From the human T2T-CHM13v2.0 reference genome, Homo sapiens: DNA of 64,000 bases. The stretch lies in assembly GCF_009914755.1 (NCBI RefSeq), contig NC_060925.1. The stretch is one strand, 5' to 3'. The translations under genes were made by a program, and so were the position numbers. Of this stretch, positions 12,940-25,464 are shown piece by piece. The notes below the pieces were generated by a model that saw nothing but the letters and a program-made list of their open reading frames with translations, had not been told where the DNA came from and did not search any database. Position 1 is the stretch's first letter, and every line of letters starts with the position of its first letter.

Positions 12940-14070
12940 ACCAGAGGGGCTGGGAATGTTGTAGTCACAGGAACGATGCAGTTTCCTCATGAAGCTTACA
13001 AACTCGTAGGAGAAGTAGATGTTACACAAATGTTTTCATAAGTGAGTTTTCGATCATCATTGTGATAAAGCCATAAGGTTCGGTTTAGGATATCGTGGGA
13101 ATGTGTAACAGGAATCTGACCTTGTCTAGGCAGTCACGAAAGACTTTCCTGAGTAAGAGATGTTGAAAATGAGACCTGAAAGCATTGATGAATGGACAGG
13201 TGAAGAGGGGAAGAGGGTTTCAGGCCCAGGAATATAACACACCCAAGACTCTGGACCTGGAAAGCATCGCACTCTCTAGGAATTTGGAGAAGGCCCTGAT
13301 GGGTGGAGCATAGAGAGAGAGGAGCAGAGTAGTGGGAATGAGTTTGGAGAATTATGTTGGGATGGAATCATGAATGGCTTTAAAATCCATATGAAGGATT
13401 TTCAATTTTGTCCAAAAAGGGATGAAAAGCCATTGAATGGCTTTGAATTTGTCAGTGTCACGATGCCATTTATATTTGAGAAAAATCATTTTGTCAGTGG
13501 ATTGGAAGGAGAAGCAGAATAGATGCCTGGAGATCAGCTGGAGGTCATTATCGTAGTCCAGGTCTGGAGGTGACTCACAGTCCAGGTCTGGAGGTGATTA
13601 TCATAATCCCCCTCTGGAGGTGATTATCATAATCCAGCTCTGGAGGTGATTTTCGCAGTCCAGGTCTGGAGGTGATTATCACGGTCCCGGTCTGGAGGTG
13701 ATTATTGCTGTCCAGGTCTGCAGGTGATTATTGCGGTCTCAGTCTGGAGGTGATTATCACAGACCCGGTCTGGAGGTGATTATCGCGGTCCCGGTCTGGA
13801 GGTGATTATCGCAGTCCAGGTCTGGAGGTGATTTTCGCGGTCCAGGTCTGGAGGTGATTTTCGCGGTCCAGGTCTGGAGGTGATTATTGTGGTCCGGGTC
13901 TGGAGGTGATTATCGTGGTCCCGGTCTGGAGGTGGTTATCGTAGTCCAGGTCTGGAGGTGATTATCGTGGTCCCGGTCTGGAGGTGGTTATCGTAGTCCA
14001 GGTCTGGAGGTGATTATCGTAGTCCAGGTCTGGAGGTGATTATCGTAGTCCAGGTGGGAAGTGATGGTAT
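12940..14070 (-). mobile_element. L2 relic containing an expanded VNTR
   Basis: Reverse L2 motifs (gaaagactttcctgag, ggaatttggagaaggcc, aaagccattgaatggcttt); approximate bounds. Confidence 0.65.
13538..14055. repeat. 26-bp CpG-containing VNTR, ~20 copies
   Basis: Unit ggtctggaggtgattatcgtagtcca; period 26 checked (13801 to 13827). Confidence 0.95.
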
Positions 14071-14465
14071 CTTAAATGCATTTCTTTAAAGACTGTTTCA
14101 AATCACTTGTTCTTCTCAAATTCTCTATAATACCATTTTTCCTCTTATTCTCAGCAGAGAGCCTTACTTAACTAACAAAGAAAATGGAAGCCGTTGGGTG
14201 ATGACCACCTCAACTATTTCTCTTGTCCATGCCTTAAAATAAATTTTCACCTGTATTCCAACCCAGTCTGAATGGGAAAGGTGTCTTCCTAATCCCTTCC
14301 CCTTCCCATGGACCTCGTCTCCTTTCACCCCCTCAAGGAACTCATTCCATTTGTTTGTTCCACTTTTCTGAATCAATCTTTCCTTCACTACAGTCTCTTT
14401 CTTATCCTCAGGAAAATATTTTCAGATGTCTCTTACTGTTGAAAGGAACAATCTTTCTTCTAATC

Positions 14466-14626
14466 TGTGGTTCTTAATTTTTGGCACGCAAGAAGTTCTA
14501 AAAATCTGATTGTCCAAACAGTACCCCACACCCATTACATCAAAATGTCTGAGAGAAGCATCCAGGTGTCAGTGTGTTTGAAACTCACCTAGGTGATTCC
14601 AATGTGCAGCCAAGGTTGGAAACCAC
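14466..14626. mobile_element. MER5A-type (hAT-Charlie) relic
   Basis: gtggttctt...ggtgattccaatgtgcagccaaggttggaaaccac. Confidence 0.75.
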
Positions 14627-15713
14627 GTCAGTAATTCCATCTCCCTCTTTGACTCTTTCTCTTAATAGTCGAGTTTCTTGAAAGATTTGTCCATACATGT
14701 TGTCTTTATTTTGTCACCTCTCACTTACTCTTCAGCCCACTGCATTTCAACTTCCATGCCACAGCCAGTGAAATTACCATTGCTATGTTCACTGAAGATC
14801 TGTTTACACTATATTTACTGATTTTTTTTCAGTCTTATTCTCCTTAAAAGATTCTCTATGATTTCTTTGAATTCATATTCTTGATTTGGGAGAATGATGA
14901 TGTGTGCTTTTTACATTACTCTGAGTTTAAAGTGCCTTTGAGACAATAAAGGAGACACATCCAGAAAGCAGCTTGATAGGAGGTTCTGGAGTTTAGCAGG
15001 GAGCTAAAGATTTAGGTGTCTTTAGCAGTACTATAGCTTGAATTCCATGTATATATAGCCTTAGGACCTAAAGCTTCAAGACTAAAGCTATTTGATTTCT
15101 AGATCCTTAACTGTATACTGAGCTCCCAAACCAGCTTTACTTTCCACCTCCTATCCCAGTGGATCCACTATTTATCCAGTTATCCAGCACAGAAATCTTG
15201 TCACCCTTTTCTCCCCCGTCTTTCTCACCCCACACATCTCATCATCACCAGGCTCTAAGACTTAAGCCCCTGAGCATTTACATTGCCTTGTCTCTCTATC
15301 CTACTGCTACCATATCTCATCCTTGGATGGTTCCTATAGCCCCTGTGGTGTCCTTGCCTCCAGTCTCACCTCCTTCCTATCTGTTCTCCAAACTGCAGCT
15401 GGGATGATCTTTCTCAATATGTCAGTCTCTTGCTTTAAAACTCCTTTCACGTCTCCCTGCAACCTTGAATAAAATTTAGGATCCTTTATCATAGCATGAA
15501 GACTCTACAATATTGTTCCTCTCTTTGGCTCTCCAGTCTTATGTTCCTTCATTTTTCTTCTTTGCACCCTCACCACACTGACCTACTTGTGCTTCCCCAA
15601 GCATGTACATATGCCTCTCTTCCATACTGTTTTTTCCAGTGCAGGATATTGCATGTGCTTTGCCCTCTGCCTAGAGGAGTCTTCCTCTGCCCTCTTTAAC
15701 TGATTCTTCAGAG

Positions 15714-16019
15714 TTGTTTGTTTGTTTGTTTGTTTGTATTTGAGACAGGGTCTCACTCTGTCACCCAGGCTGGAGCTCAGTGGGGTGTTCACAGCTCACT
15801 TAGCCTCGACCACTTGAGCTCAGGTAATCCTCCCACCTCAGCTTCCCAGGTAGCTGGGACTAGAGAGGTGTGCCACCATGCCTGGCTAATTGTGTTTTTT
15901 ATAGAGACAGGTTTTTGCCATGTTGCCCAGGCTGATCGCGAACTCCTGGGGTCAAGCAATGTACCCTCCTTGGCCACTCAACGTGCTAGGATTACAGGCG
16001 TGAGCCACTGCGCGTGGCC
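15714..16019 (-). mobile_element. Alu (AluJ-like)
   Basis: (TTTG)n tail and diverged reverse Alu dimer. Confidence 0.92.
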
Positions 16020-16744
16020 CAGAACTTTTCTTGGTACCACCTCGTCTCCGCGCCTCCCATAGCTGAATTGGGACCGTCTCCTGTGGGCTCCCATAGCTCA
16101 CTTCATTACAAATTCATGTCGAATAGCTTGCCTCCCCTAGTCCAGTGAGTCCCTTGCATGTAACATCCTCAATGCCTGGCACATTCCTCTCATGTAAAAT
16201 GTGCTCAGTATATATTAGATGAATGAAGGAATGAATTACAAGGAAAAGAAAAAAGTCCCTATGCCATTGGGAAGTTATGGCTAAAATGCTGAGAGTTCAG
16301 AGGATCAGAACTGATTGTCTGCAAGAGATCATGGAAGGCTTTGGGGAAAAAATGGCATTTTCATTGAGCTTCCAAGAATAGATGGGGTTTAGAAACGCAG
16401 AGTATGGGGGAAGGAACGCCACCTGTAACCAATATGAATAAGACATGGAAGGGAGATGAAGTTGCGAATTGAGTGTTGTGTGAGAGAGAATGGTATCAAT
16501 AGCAAACACCAGCTATTGTTCACGCCTAGGAAATTTGTATTTTTTGGTTGTTTGCTGGAAACCATTTGCCTTGCTGAGTAGTTCTACTGTGTAGAAGTAT
16601 GTTGATGAGAATTCCTGATAAGAAAGGAAAAACGAAGGCTGAAGTGTGCCTGGCAGTATTCCAGGTGCCTTCATATGTAACAGAACCTCTCTTTTACTGA
16701 CAGTTGTTTCATGAATAAAGGTGGTGACAGAAATGCAGCGCATT

Positions 16745-18480
16745 TTTTATGTATCATTTATTTATTTATTTATTTTTAACTTTTAGATTCAAGGGAGTAC
16801 ATGTGCAGGTTTTTTACTTGTGTATATCGCATGATGCTGAGGTTTGGTTTACAAATTATCTTGTCACCCCCTACATAAGCATAGTACCCAATAGTTAGTT
16901 TTTCAACCCCTACCCCACTCCCTCCCTCTCCTCTCTAGTCATCCCCAGTTTCTGTTGTTGCTATCTTTATATCCGTGAGTACCTAATACTTAGCTCCCAC
17001 TTGTGAGTGAGAACATGCAGTATTGGATTTTCTGTTCCTGCGTTAATTCACTTAGGACTACGGCCTCCACTTGCGTCCATGTTCCTGCCAAAGACCTGAT
17101 TCCATTCTTTTTTATGGCTGCATAGTATTCAGTGGTGTATATGTACCACATTTTCTTTATCCAGTCCATTCTTGATGGGCACCTAGGTTGATTCCATGTC
17201 TTTGCTATTGTGAATGGTGCTACAATGAACATGTGAGTACATGTGTCTTTTTGGTAAGACAATTTGTTTTCTGTTGAATATATATCCAGTAATGGGATTT
17301 CTGGTAGAATGGTAGGTTCTAAGTTATTTGAGAAATTTCCAAACTGCTTTCCACTGTGGCTGAACTAATGTACATTCCACCAACAGAGCAGAAGTGTCCT
17401 TTTCTCTGCATGGTCTGTTGTTTTTTGAGTTTTGAATAACAGCCATTCTGACTGGTGTGAAATGGGATCTCATTGTGGTTTTGATTTGCATTTCTATGAT
17501 GATTAGTGTTTTAGTCTGTTCTCGCACTGCTATAAAGAAATACCTGAAACTGGGTGATTTATAAAGAAAAGAGGTTTAATTGGCTCACGGTTCTGCAGGC
17601 TGAACGGGAAGAATGGCTGGGGAGGCCTCAGGAAACTTTCAGTCATGGTGGAAGGGAAGCAGGCATGTCTTCTGTGGTTGGAGCAGGAGGAAGAGAGAGC
17701 AGGGGGAAGCGCTACACACTTTTAAACAGCCAGATCTTGTAAGAACTCGCTATCATGAGAACAGCCAGGGGGAAACCGCCCCGACGATCCAATCACCTCC
17801 CACCAGGCCCCCCTCCAACATCGGGGATTACAGTGTGATGTGAGAGTTGGGCGGGGGCAGAAGTCCAAACCATATCATTCATGAGTGATCTTGAGCACTT
17901 TTTCATGTTTGTTGGCCATTTGTATGTATTCTTTTGAGAAGTGTCTGTTCATGTCTTTTGTTCATTTTTTAATGGGGTTGTTTTCTGCTTGTTCAATTGT
18001 TTACTTTCTTTATAGATTCTGGATATTAGGCCTTTGTCTGATACATAATTTGTGGGTACTTTCTCCCATTCTGTAGGTTGTCTGTTTACTCTGTTGATAG
18101 TTTCTTTTGCTGTGCAGAAGCTCTTTGGTGTAATTAGGTCCCACTTGTCAATTGGTGGGTTTTGTTGCAATTGCTTTTGAGAACTTAGTCATAAATTCTT
18201 TCCCAAGGCCCATGTAGGAAACACCCAGAATGGTGTTTCCTAGGTTTTCAGCTAGGATTTTTATAGTTTGATATCTTACATTTAAATCTTCAATTCATCT
18301 AGGGTCAATTTTTGTATATGGTAAAGGGTAAAAGCCCAGTTTCATTCTTCTGCATATGGCTAGCCAGCTATCCTAGCACCATTTATTGAATAGGGAATCC
18401 TTTCCCCATTGCACATTTTTGTCAAGTTTGTCAAAGATCAGATGGCTGTATGTGTGTGGCTTTATTTCTGGATCTCTATT
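16745..18480 (-). mobile_element. L1 (L1PA/PB-type 3' portion) split by an MST LTR
   Basis: Minus-strand ORFs carry L1 ORF2 C-terminal motifs ([45 protein letters not shown]). Confidence 0.92.
17507..17877. mobile_element. MaLR solo LTR (MSTA-like) nested in L1
   Basis: tgttttagtctgttctcgcactgctataaagaaatacctg...ccaaaccatatca; L1 resumes on both sides. Confidence 0.9.
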
Positions 18481-18639
18481 CGATACAATACATTTCTGAG
18501 CTAGAGTCATTGAAGTTGATTTTGTCCCTAGTAAGCCCTGGCTGACATTTGATCTCAAGATCCTGCTCTAAATAAAGATGTATGAATAAAGAGCTCACAG
18601 TGGTCCTAGCACTGAGGTCCCAGCTCTCACCAGGAAATG

Positions 18640-18845
18640 GCAGAAAGTGGTTTTGGAGTAAAAGGATTTAGAGTTGAATCCAGCTTGACCTTTCTGTGAC
18701 CTTGAACAATTCACTTAACCTCTCTAAGTTTCAGAGGAGTAAATAAAGTTAATAATACATCAAGAATTGATAGGATTAAGTGAGATAATGTTTAGAAAAT
18801 ATCTAATATAATGTCTGACTTACCGTGGGCATTTAATAAATTTTA
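18640..18845 (+). mobile_element. MIR
   Basis: tgtgaccttgaacaattcacttaacctctctaagtttcag...ggattaagtgagataatg. Confidence 0.7.
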
Positions 18846-19061
18846 GCTTGTGGCTGTTGTTTTAGAGAAAGAGAGAAGGAGCCTTATTGGATAGATTTCT
18901 TGGCCCTTCATGTTAGTAAAAGCAGACAGACTTTTATATAAAGCCCAGCTTTACCTTTTACTTATTAGTTTGAATGAACTTGGGCAAGTTACTTAGTTTT
19001 CTGAATCTCATTTTTTCAAATGAAAAATTAATTCCATATAATTCCTTCTCTAGGGGATTTA

Positions 19062-19347
19062 ATTATTATTAGAGACAGGGTCTCACTGTGTCACATAGGC
19101 TGGAGTGCAGTGGTGTGATCATAGCTCATCGTATCCTCAAACTACTTGGCTCAAGCAATCCCCCTGCCTCAGCCTCCTAAGTAGCTAGGACTACAGGCGT
19201 GTGCCACCTTGCCTGGCTAACTAAAAAAAAAAATTGTAGAATTGGGGTCTCATTATGTTGCCCAGGCTGGTCTTGAACTCCTGGCAGTCCTCCTGCCTCA
19301 GCCTCCAAAAGCAGTAGGATTCCAAGCATGAGCCACAGTGCCCGGCC
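19062..19347 (-). mobile_element. Alu (AluJ-like)
   Basis: Reverse Alu; TSD approx. tct(a)aggggattta. Confidence 0.92.
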
Positions 19348-20113
19348 TTTCTAAGGGGATTTAAAGAGAGAATGCATATCACACTGCCTGGCCCAAGAAC
19401 ATAATGACTGACCGGTTAATCATAACATTGTAAGTGCTAGGCAGTTAAAGTTAGTGCTAGAACAAGAATCTCTGCTTTCCTAACTGTAGGAATACTTGTG
19501 AAACGTATAGATTTTCTTTCTTTCTATGTTTTTTTTATTCCTCCCTTACTTTTCTTTTTTTTTTTTTTAAATTCCATTTGTGTGGGAAGCTGTCGGAGAA
19601 CAGATGCCTTCTACCTAGACAGGTTTGAATCATTCCCCATCAACAGTTCTTGCTGTGAGTTTGTGTGTTATCTTCAATAATGGTCCTTGGTGTTGCACTG
19701 AGCACTCAGCTTTGTTACTTCATTCAGTCATTGATCATTTATTTATTGAGCACCCCCTGAGGTCCACACGTTTTCTCAATTGCTTTCCTTGACAGTATCC
19801 ATTGTTAAAATCCTTAATTCTTGTATCTCTTGCATAGGGAGTACAGCTTCATACCAGGTTCAATACACTAGGGACTGCTCTGCAGAAATTTCTATCAGCC
19901 TCTCCCAACCTGGGTGTCCTTGTCTCTTCCTTGCCCCTGTCAAAGTTTAAAGGACTCACCTGATGTCAACGTCCTGGACATCCAGCAGTGTTGCAGCTGT
20001 GTCTGTGTTACTTCTGGCTCTGCAACAGATGTGGATGGAGAAGCTCCTGCCGTGTAATGTTGACTTCCAGATGGTGGGTGGGGAGGAAAAGAAGGTGTGA
20101 CAACAGGAGGGGA

Positions 20114-20275
20114 GACCTCAGAAAGTGGGGTGGGCGGCAGGAGGGAGCAGACAGCTAGTGGGCAGAGGACCTCAGAAAGTGGGGTGGGCGGCAGGAGGGA
20201 GCAGACAGCTAGTGGGCAGAGGACCTCAGAAAGTGGGGTGGGCGGCAGGAGGGAGCAGACAGCTAGTGGGCAGAG
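20114..20275. repeat. 54-bp G-rich tandem repeat, 3 identical copies
   Basis: Unit gacctcagaaagtggggtgggcggcaggagggagcagacagctagtgggcagag. Confidence 0.95.
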
Positions 20276-22171
20276 GAAGGGAATGATGGGTGGCAGAGGG
20301 AGGAATCCTAAGGAAGGGGAGAGATTTGTGACATGCCTTAGAAGAGAAATGGACTAGAATTTATAATTAGCAAAATAAATGTCGGTATATTTACTTCAAA
20401 AACCATACAATGTTGTTTACCATCAGTTATGTATGTCCACATAAATAAGTAAAGTATGATTTTTAGTAGCTGGTAATTAAAGTTTGTTCCTGTCATATGG
20501 TTCCAGAAAAGCTATAATTACACATTCATAATATATATGCTCATGAACTCGAAATTTTAAATTGAAATGAAATTGATATTTTTGATGTTATATTTAACTT
20601 CTTTTCAACCTTAGTTTTATATTGTAATGTGCCCAAGAATATTTTTTAGTTTGTTATTAGTAAAGCTAATTGTATGTGAAAATTAGATTTGTAGACAATC
20701 CTTTGATGATAGGGATGTGTAAAAAACCATAAGTCAAATATGAAATTCTCCACTACCTTCAGAAAGTTAATTAATATATCTGCCTAAATTATTTTCATAG
20801 GGTCAACTTTAACTAGTTCTGTAGTTCGAAGGCAGACACCTATCTTCGTTTTATTGATGTCAGGTTCTTAATTTACTAAAACTTTGGTTCAATGTTGATT
20901 TTTATCATAGAATTTTAGTAATTGATTTAAGTTATAAAACTGAATTCACACCCATGTCAGCATACAATGGTAAGTTTCAAGCATCATTATTTAAAATGTG
21001 TCACCAGTTCTTGTTTTAACAGATAAAAATTGATAGGTATTCCTATATGTTCTGCTGCTTCTACATTTTAAAAACTGCCAGTACAGTATGACATTAAGAG
21101 CCTAGAAGAGTGACTTCCTGGAAAAGAACAAAACATAATTGGAAACCAGAAACTATAAAGGATAAATCTAAGATCTAGAAAGCATTTCTAATCTTGAGAA
21201 GAAAAACTGAGAACCTAATATCCATAGAGTCCATTGGAAAGCCATTTATTCTAAGTATTTATTCATTCATCAAATATTTGGTACCTCTTGAGGAACTTCT
21301 ACTCTAATGAGGAAACAGACAACTAAAAACAGTGGGATGAGTACTGTGGTTGAGGTACACAGAGGTTGTGGTGTGATGGAGGTATATATACTGAGATTGT
21401 AGGAGCACATGCCATAGTGATATTCAAAATATTAATCTTTACAGTGTGGGAAACAGTGAGAGTGGACACAGGCTACAAACAACAGGCATGACTGTCTCAG
21501 TGCACACAAGCTGAATATCAACCCTGAACGTGGGAAGGGTCACCTATTTTGTGCTGGGAACTGGAGTCAAGGAAGACTTCCTAGAGGAGAGGAGATAATG
21601 GCTGAGCTGAAACCTACATGAGAAATGAGGGAGAACTAGATAATAGGGGGGCGGTTGGGGTTTTACCAACAAAGGGCACTGCACAGAGCCTCTTCTTTGT
21701 TGGTTTGCGGGAAGGGTAGTGGGAGCCATAGCAGACCAGTTGCTCTCTCTAAAGAACTTCCTCCTTAACTCTCCCCATCAGTCCTTTTATACCTTCCATG
21801 TGGAAGAAGGGTTTAAGAGTTGTATGCTTCTGTATCTCCTCTGAATTTATTTATGGCACTCTGTTTCATAACTTAATTGGGTGTTTGATAACTGTCACTT
21901 TAGGGTTTCAACCAAAACCTTGACTTTATCATCTTGTTATACATTTTTCAAAATGAGGTTAGAGATCAGGGGAATGAATAGGAGAGAAGTACATATTTCA
22001 GTTCACTGGGCATAGGTGAATAGAGGAAGGAGAAAAATGAACATACCCAATCCACAGAGAAATGGCTCACAGAGCCCAGTGACTATGCTGAGACGCTATT
22101 AATTCAAGAAAGTTTTAGTATTTGATTTGTCAAATGACATTATTGTTTAGGACTTTTATTTTCCCTTACAG

Positions 22172-22306
22172 ATGTTGATCTTGTCTCAGAATATTGCCCA
22201 ACTGGAGGCCCAGGTGGAAAAGGTTACAAAGGAAAAGATTTCAGCTATTAATCAACTGGAGGAAATTCAAAGCCAGCTGGCTTCTCGGGAAATGGATGTC
22301 ACAAAG
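22172..22306 (+). CDS. SDCCAG8: SDCCAG8 internal coding exon (likely exon 11), 135 nt, phase 0/0: MLILSQNIAQLEAQVEKVTKEKISAINQLEEIQSQLASREMDVTK
   Basis: ttttattttcccttacag acceptor; AAG|GTACAG donor at 22307; open heptad-like frame; not in the ORF track (too short). Confidence 0.96.
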
Positions 22307-24084
22307 GTACAGAAAGAGATTTTAGTGTAATCGTTACTTAAGGAAATATTTCCTTTGAAAAATGTTTTCCTAATGTACAAAACTCTTACTGTTATCAGGA
22401 GGAAGTTTGGAGTAGAAAAGTTTTGTGATTTCAAGAATAATAAAAGGCCACCTAATGGTTACTCAGCAAACATTCAGTTACTACATGCAGCCCCTCAGTG
22501 GGTATTGCATGTGCAAGGATGAATTAGACACCAGTCATGGCCTTGAAGAGCTTAAGGGTTAAGTGGCAGAGACAGACTTACAAATAAATAAGAGTTATAT
22601 TACTTTAATTATTGAATATTTGATAAACCTCATTTTTCTAAATTAATTAAGAGTGCTTTGTTTTTGCCGTAGATAGCATAAGGTTGGTGTTTACAATAAT
22701 TGCCAAAGACATATATTGACAACTTAAAAGGTGTGCTTGACATAAAAAATCTTCCACTTCCTTTTCCTTTTCAGACTTGGTCATTAAAATAAAGATTCTA
22801 ATACTACATGATCTTATTGGTGCTTAAATTTATACTTTAAAATACTACATTGTCTGTGCTATGGGCATCACTGGTTCATGAATCAAGAACTAAAATGTTT
22901 AATGGTCTTTACTGGCAATGATTAAGATACATATTGTAAGAAATACTAGAAGTCCATCTAGATTTCAATAGTTAATTGCTTTAAAACTAAGAAACTAATA
23001 AAATCAATTTATTTTTTACCACTAAAAACACAGATAATTTGCTTAAAATACTCTTTGCATATTACCTTTTATTCTTCAATGGATTTTCCTAAATTTTGAC
23101 ATATTTGTAATGCCATTGTTGCTCTATAATTCAGTAATTAAAATTAATTTTAACATGTATTAGGAAAGGGAGCCATTTTACCCTTTTTCTTGAGTTTCTA
23201 TAATTCTCCATTTGCTTTTAAAAATTCCTATTAGCTAATGTAGAAGTTTAAGAAGCTCAAATTTTTGTGTGGAGATAGGGTGGAAGTGAAGGAATTAGTT
23301 CAGAAGGATGGGAATACTTAACCTAGATTTATAGGTGAAAGCTATGATAAGACAGTTTTCAGTTGATAATAGAGAGGCAGCTTTCTGTTGAAATCAGTAC
23401 AGCAGAGAGAGAGTTCTCTGTCTCAAGAACTAGCTGAAAGGACATATACATCAGAAGAGCGATTAGACTAAATCGCCTTGAAGTTGCTTCCAACGTGGAG
23501 ATAACATAGTTCTGGTTCAATTTAATGTGTTAATTTATTTGAAATAGAATTTGAGTGCTGTGGATAAACATAGCAAATGCTGAACTGAAAGTAGTAAAGC
23601 AGGGAACTGTAGGAGTGAAATGAAGGGATAAAATAATTTTAAATAAGACCTGCTGCTTAAACAGTTTTTACGTAACCAGCTTGTATTGGTGTTGGGTTTT
23701 AAACATCATGGTTGTATAATTATTATCTTCTGATGTTATCAGTTCGGGGTTTTATTCCATTTTATTCATAGACATAAATAGTAATAGTGAACAATTGAGA
23801 AAGAAAATAAAGTATGGCTCCTCATTTTTTTCCTGTCACTCTGAATTTGTAATTTTTATTTAGGTTTAAAATTAATAGTTTTTATAAATTTATAATTTTT
23901 GAAATCGGAGGAATAAACTCTCTCACATTGAAGGCATTTGAACTTCCAATAGAATTTTTAATAACTTCATTATTGTTCTAGCTTTCTGAGGGCTACTAGG
24001 GAGAAGCCTGTTGACTTTTTCTTCTGTCTTGTCACTATAGCTTTTAAACATAGATTAATTTATTTTTAAAATTACTTTTAAGGT

Positions 24085-24258
24085 TCTGTTTTGTTTGTTT
24101 GGAGACAGGATCTTGTTGTATTGTGCAGGCTGGAGTGCAGTAGCTATTCACAGACACTACCACAGTACACTGCAGTCCTGAGCTCCTGGGCTGAAGCCAT
24201 CCTTCTGCCTCAGCCTCCAGAGGAACTGGGACTACAGGCATGCGCTACCATACCCAGC
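24085..24258 (-). mobile_element. Alu right arm/monomer (old)
   Basis: gagacaggatcttg...caggctggagtgcag...gggactacaggcatgcg. Confidence 0.85.
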
Positions 24259-25258
24259 TTAAATGCATATAGGTTTTATACCTTAGTCTATTCTAATACC
24301 TCAGTAATGATGAAACTGATTTCTAAAGTTTCCAAAATCATTATTTTTGGAGAAATACCAAATACTTGAAAAGTTCCAAGAAAGCATAACGGTGAGATAA
24401 TATATTAAGAGCCATATATTTGTAAATTAGAAGCCAACTTAGCTGACTTGTACATTAATTGAACTTTCTATAGGTTCTCAGTTCTCTCAAAAGGCCCATA
24501 ATTTGCTTGTTTAGATTTATCTGCTAATTACACTTTTCAAATATATTTCCATTTCTGTAGCAGTCCTAGATTCGAAAAAATAAATAAAACAAAGTTCTTA
24601 GTGTTAAGTATAGAGGATGATACACAACACTTTTAAGATACTATGTGTGTTCATTATTGGTGCCGTATTACAATTATTTCATTTAAATGCATATTTTCCT
24701 TTTATATTGAATGTTACAGTCATAAGTGCATAGTGTGCTTAGTTCCAGTCTATGGCTTTTGCCAGAAAATCTTCCTTAACTTGAATACCTCATATTGTGT
24801 ATGATAAGATGACATCTGCAAACCTTGCAGTCAATACTGGATATTACAGACCTAGATATCAATAGTATATCTATCAGCAGACAAAAATTCCTTTATACAT
24901 TTCCTTTTAAAGAGCATAACTGATGAAGTCTTTAAAAGAAAACTTTGTAATATAGAGTGAATATTTAACTGTATCAATGTGAATGAATAATAACATAGCT
25001 TAACATTTTAACTACTAACTTTACCTATTTAAAGGTTAGATGATAGTGCATTTTGGTTGATAATATGCAATTGAAACTGTTATATAAAATAATCTTGGGC
25101 ACATTACTTAAATTCCTTAGTTATGCATTTATTTATCTGTAATTTCAAGTTGTTAGAATCAATAATCCCTGGTGTTGCTTCTGAATCTTAACAAGCTACG
25201 TTGAATAGTCTAATAGAAAATGGCATTCTTAGAAAAGTTTTGTTGTATTTTATCTATA

Positions 25259-25277
25259 TGACCTCTAGGGGGCACCA
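25259..25277 (+). promoter_or_regulatory. Candidate CTCF motif ~70 bp upstream of the 117-nt exon
   Basis: TGACCTCTAGGGGGCACCA versus consensus TGGCCACCAGGGGGCGCTA; motif match only. Confidence 0.6.
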
Positions 25278-25347
25278 AAAGATCTAATTGCAGGCATTGC
25301 CTGGTAGATTCCAGCAGGTAATCATCCAGTTTTTTACAATCTAACAG

Positions 25348-25464
25348 GTGTGTGGAGAAATGCGCTATCAGCTGAATAAAACCAACATGGAGAAGGATGA
25401 GGCAGAAAAGGAGCACAGAGAGTTCAGAGCAAAAACTAACAGGGATCTTGAAATTAAAGATCAG
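25348..25464 (+). CDS. SDCCAG8: SDCCAG8 internal coding exon (likely exon 12), 117 nt, phase 0/0: VCGEMRYQLNKTNMEKDEAEKEHREFRAKTNRDLEIKDQ
   Basis: ttttttacaatctaacag acceptor; CAG|GTAAGA donor at 25465; frame continuous with flanking exons. Confidence 0.96.

Noticed and set aside
13538-14055. Repeat plus variable segment resembling a CRISPR array
   Set aside because: The variable parts are point variants of one 26-bp unit; human intron, no cas genes.
16990-18558. L1 ORF2-like peptides as an active gene
   Set aside because: Fragmented by stops, frameshifts and an LTR insertion; dead element.
25311-25347. CAG|GTAATC 30 nt upstream of the 117-nt exon as an alternative or recursive splice site
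   Set aside because: Too close to form an intron; as an acceptor it lacks a pyrimidine tract and adds an in-frame TAA.
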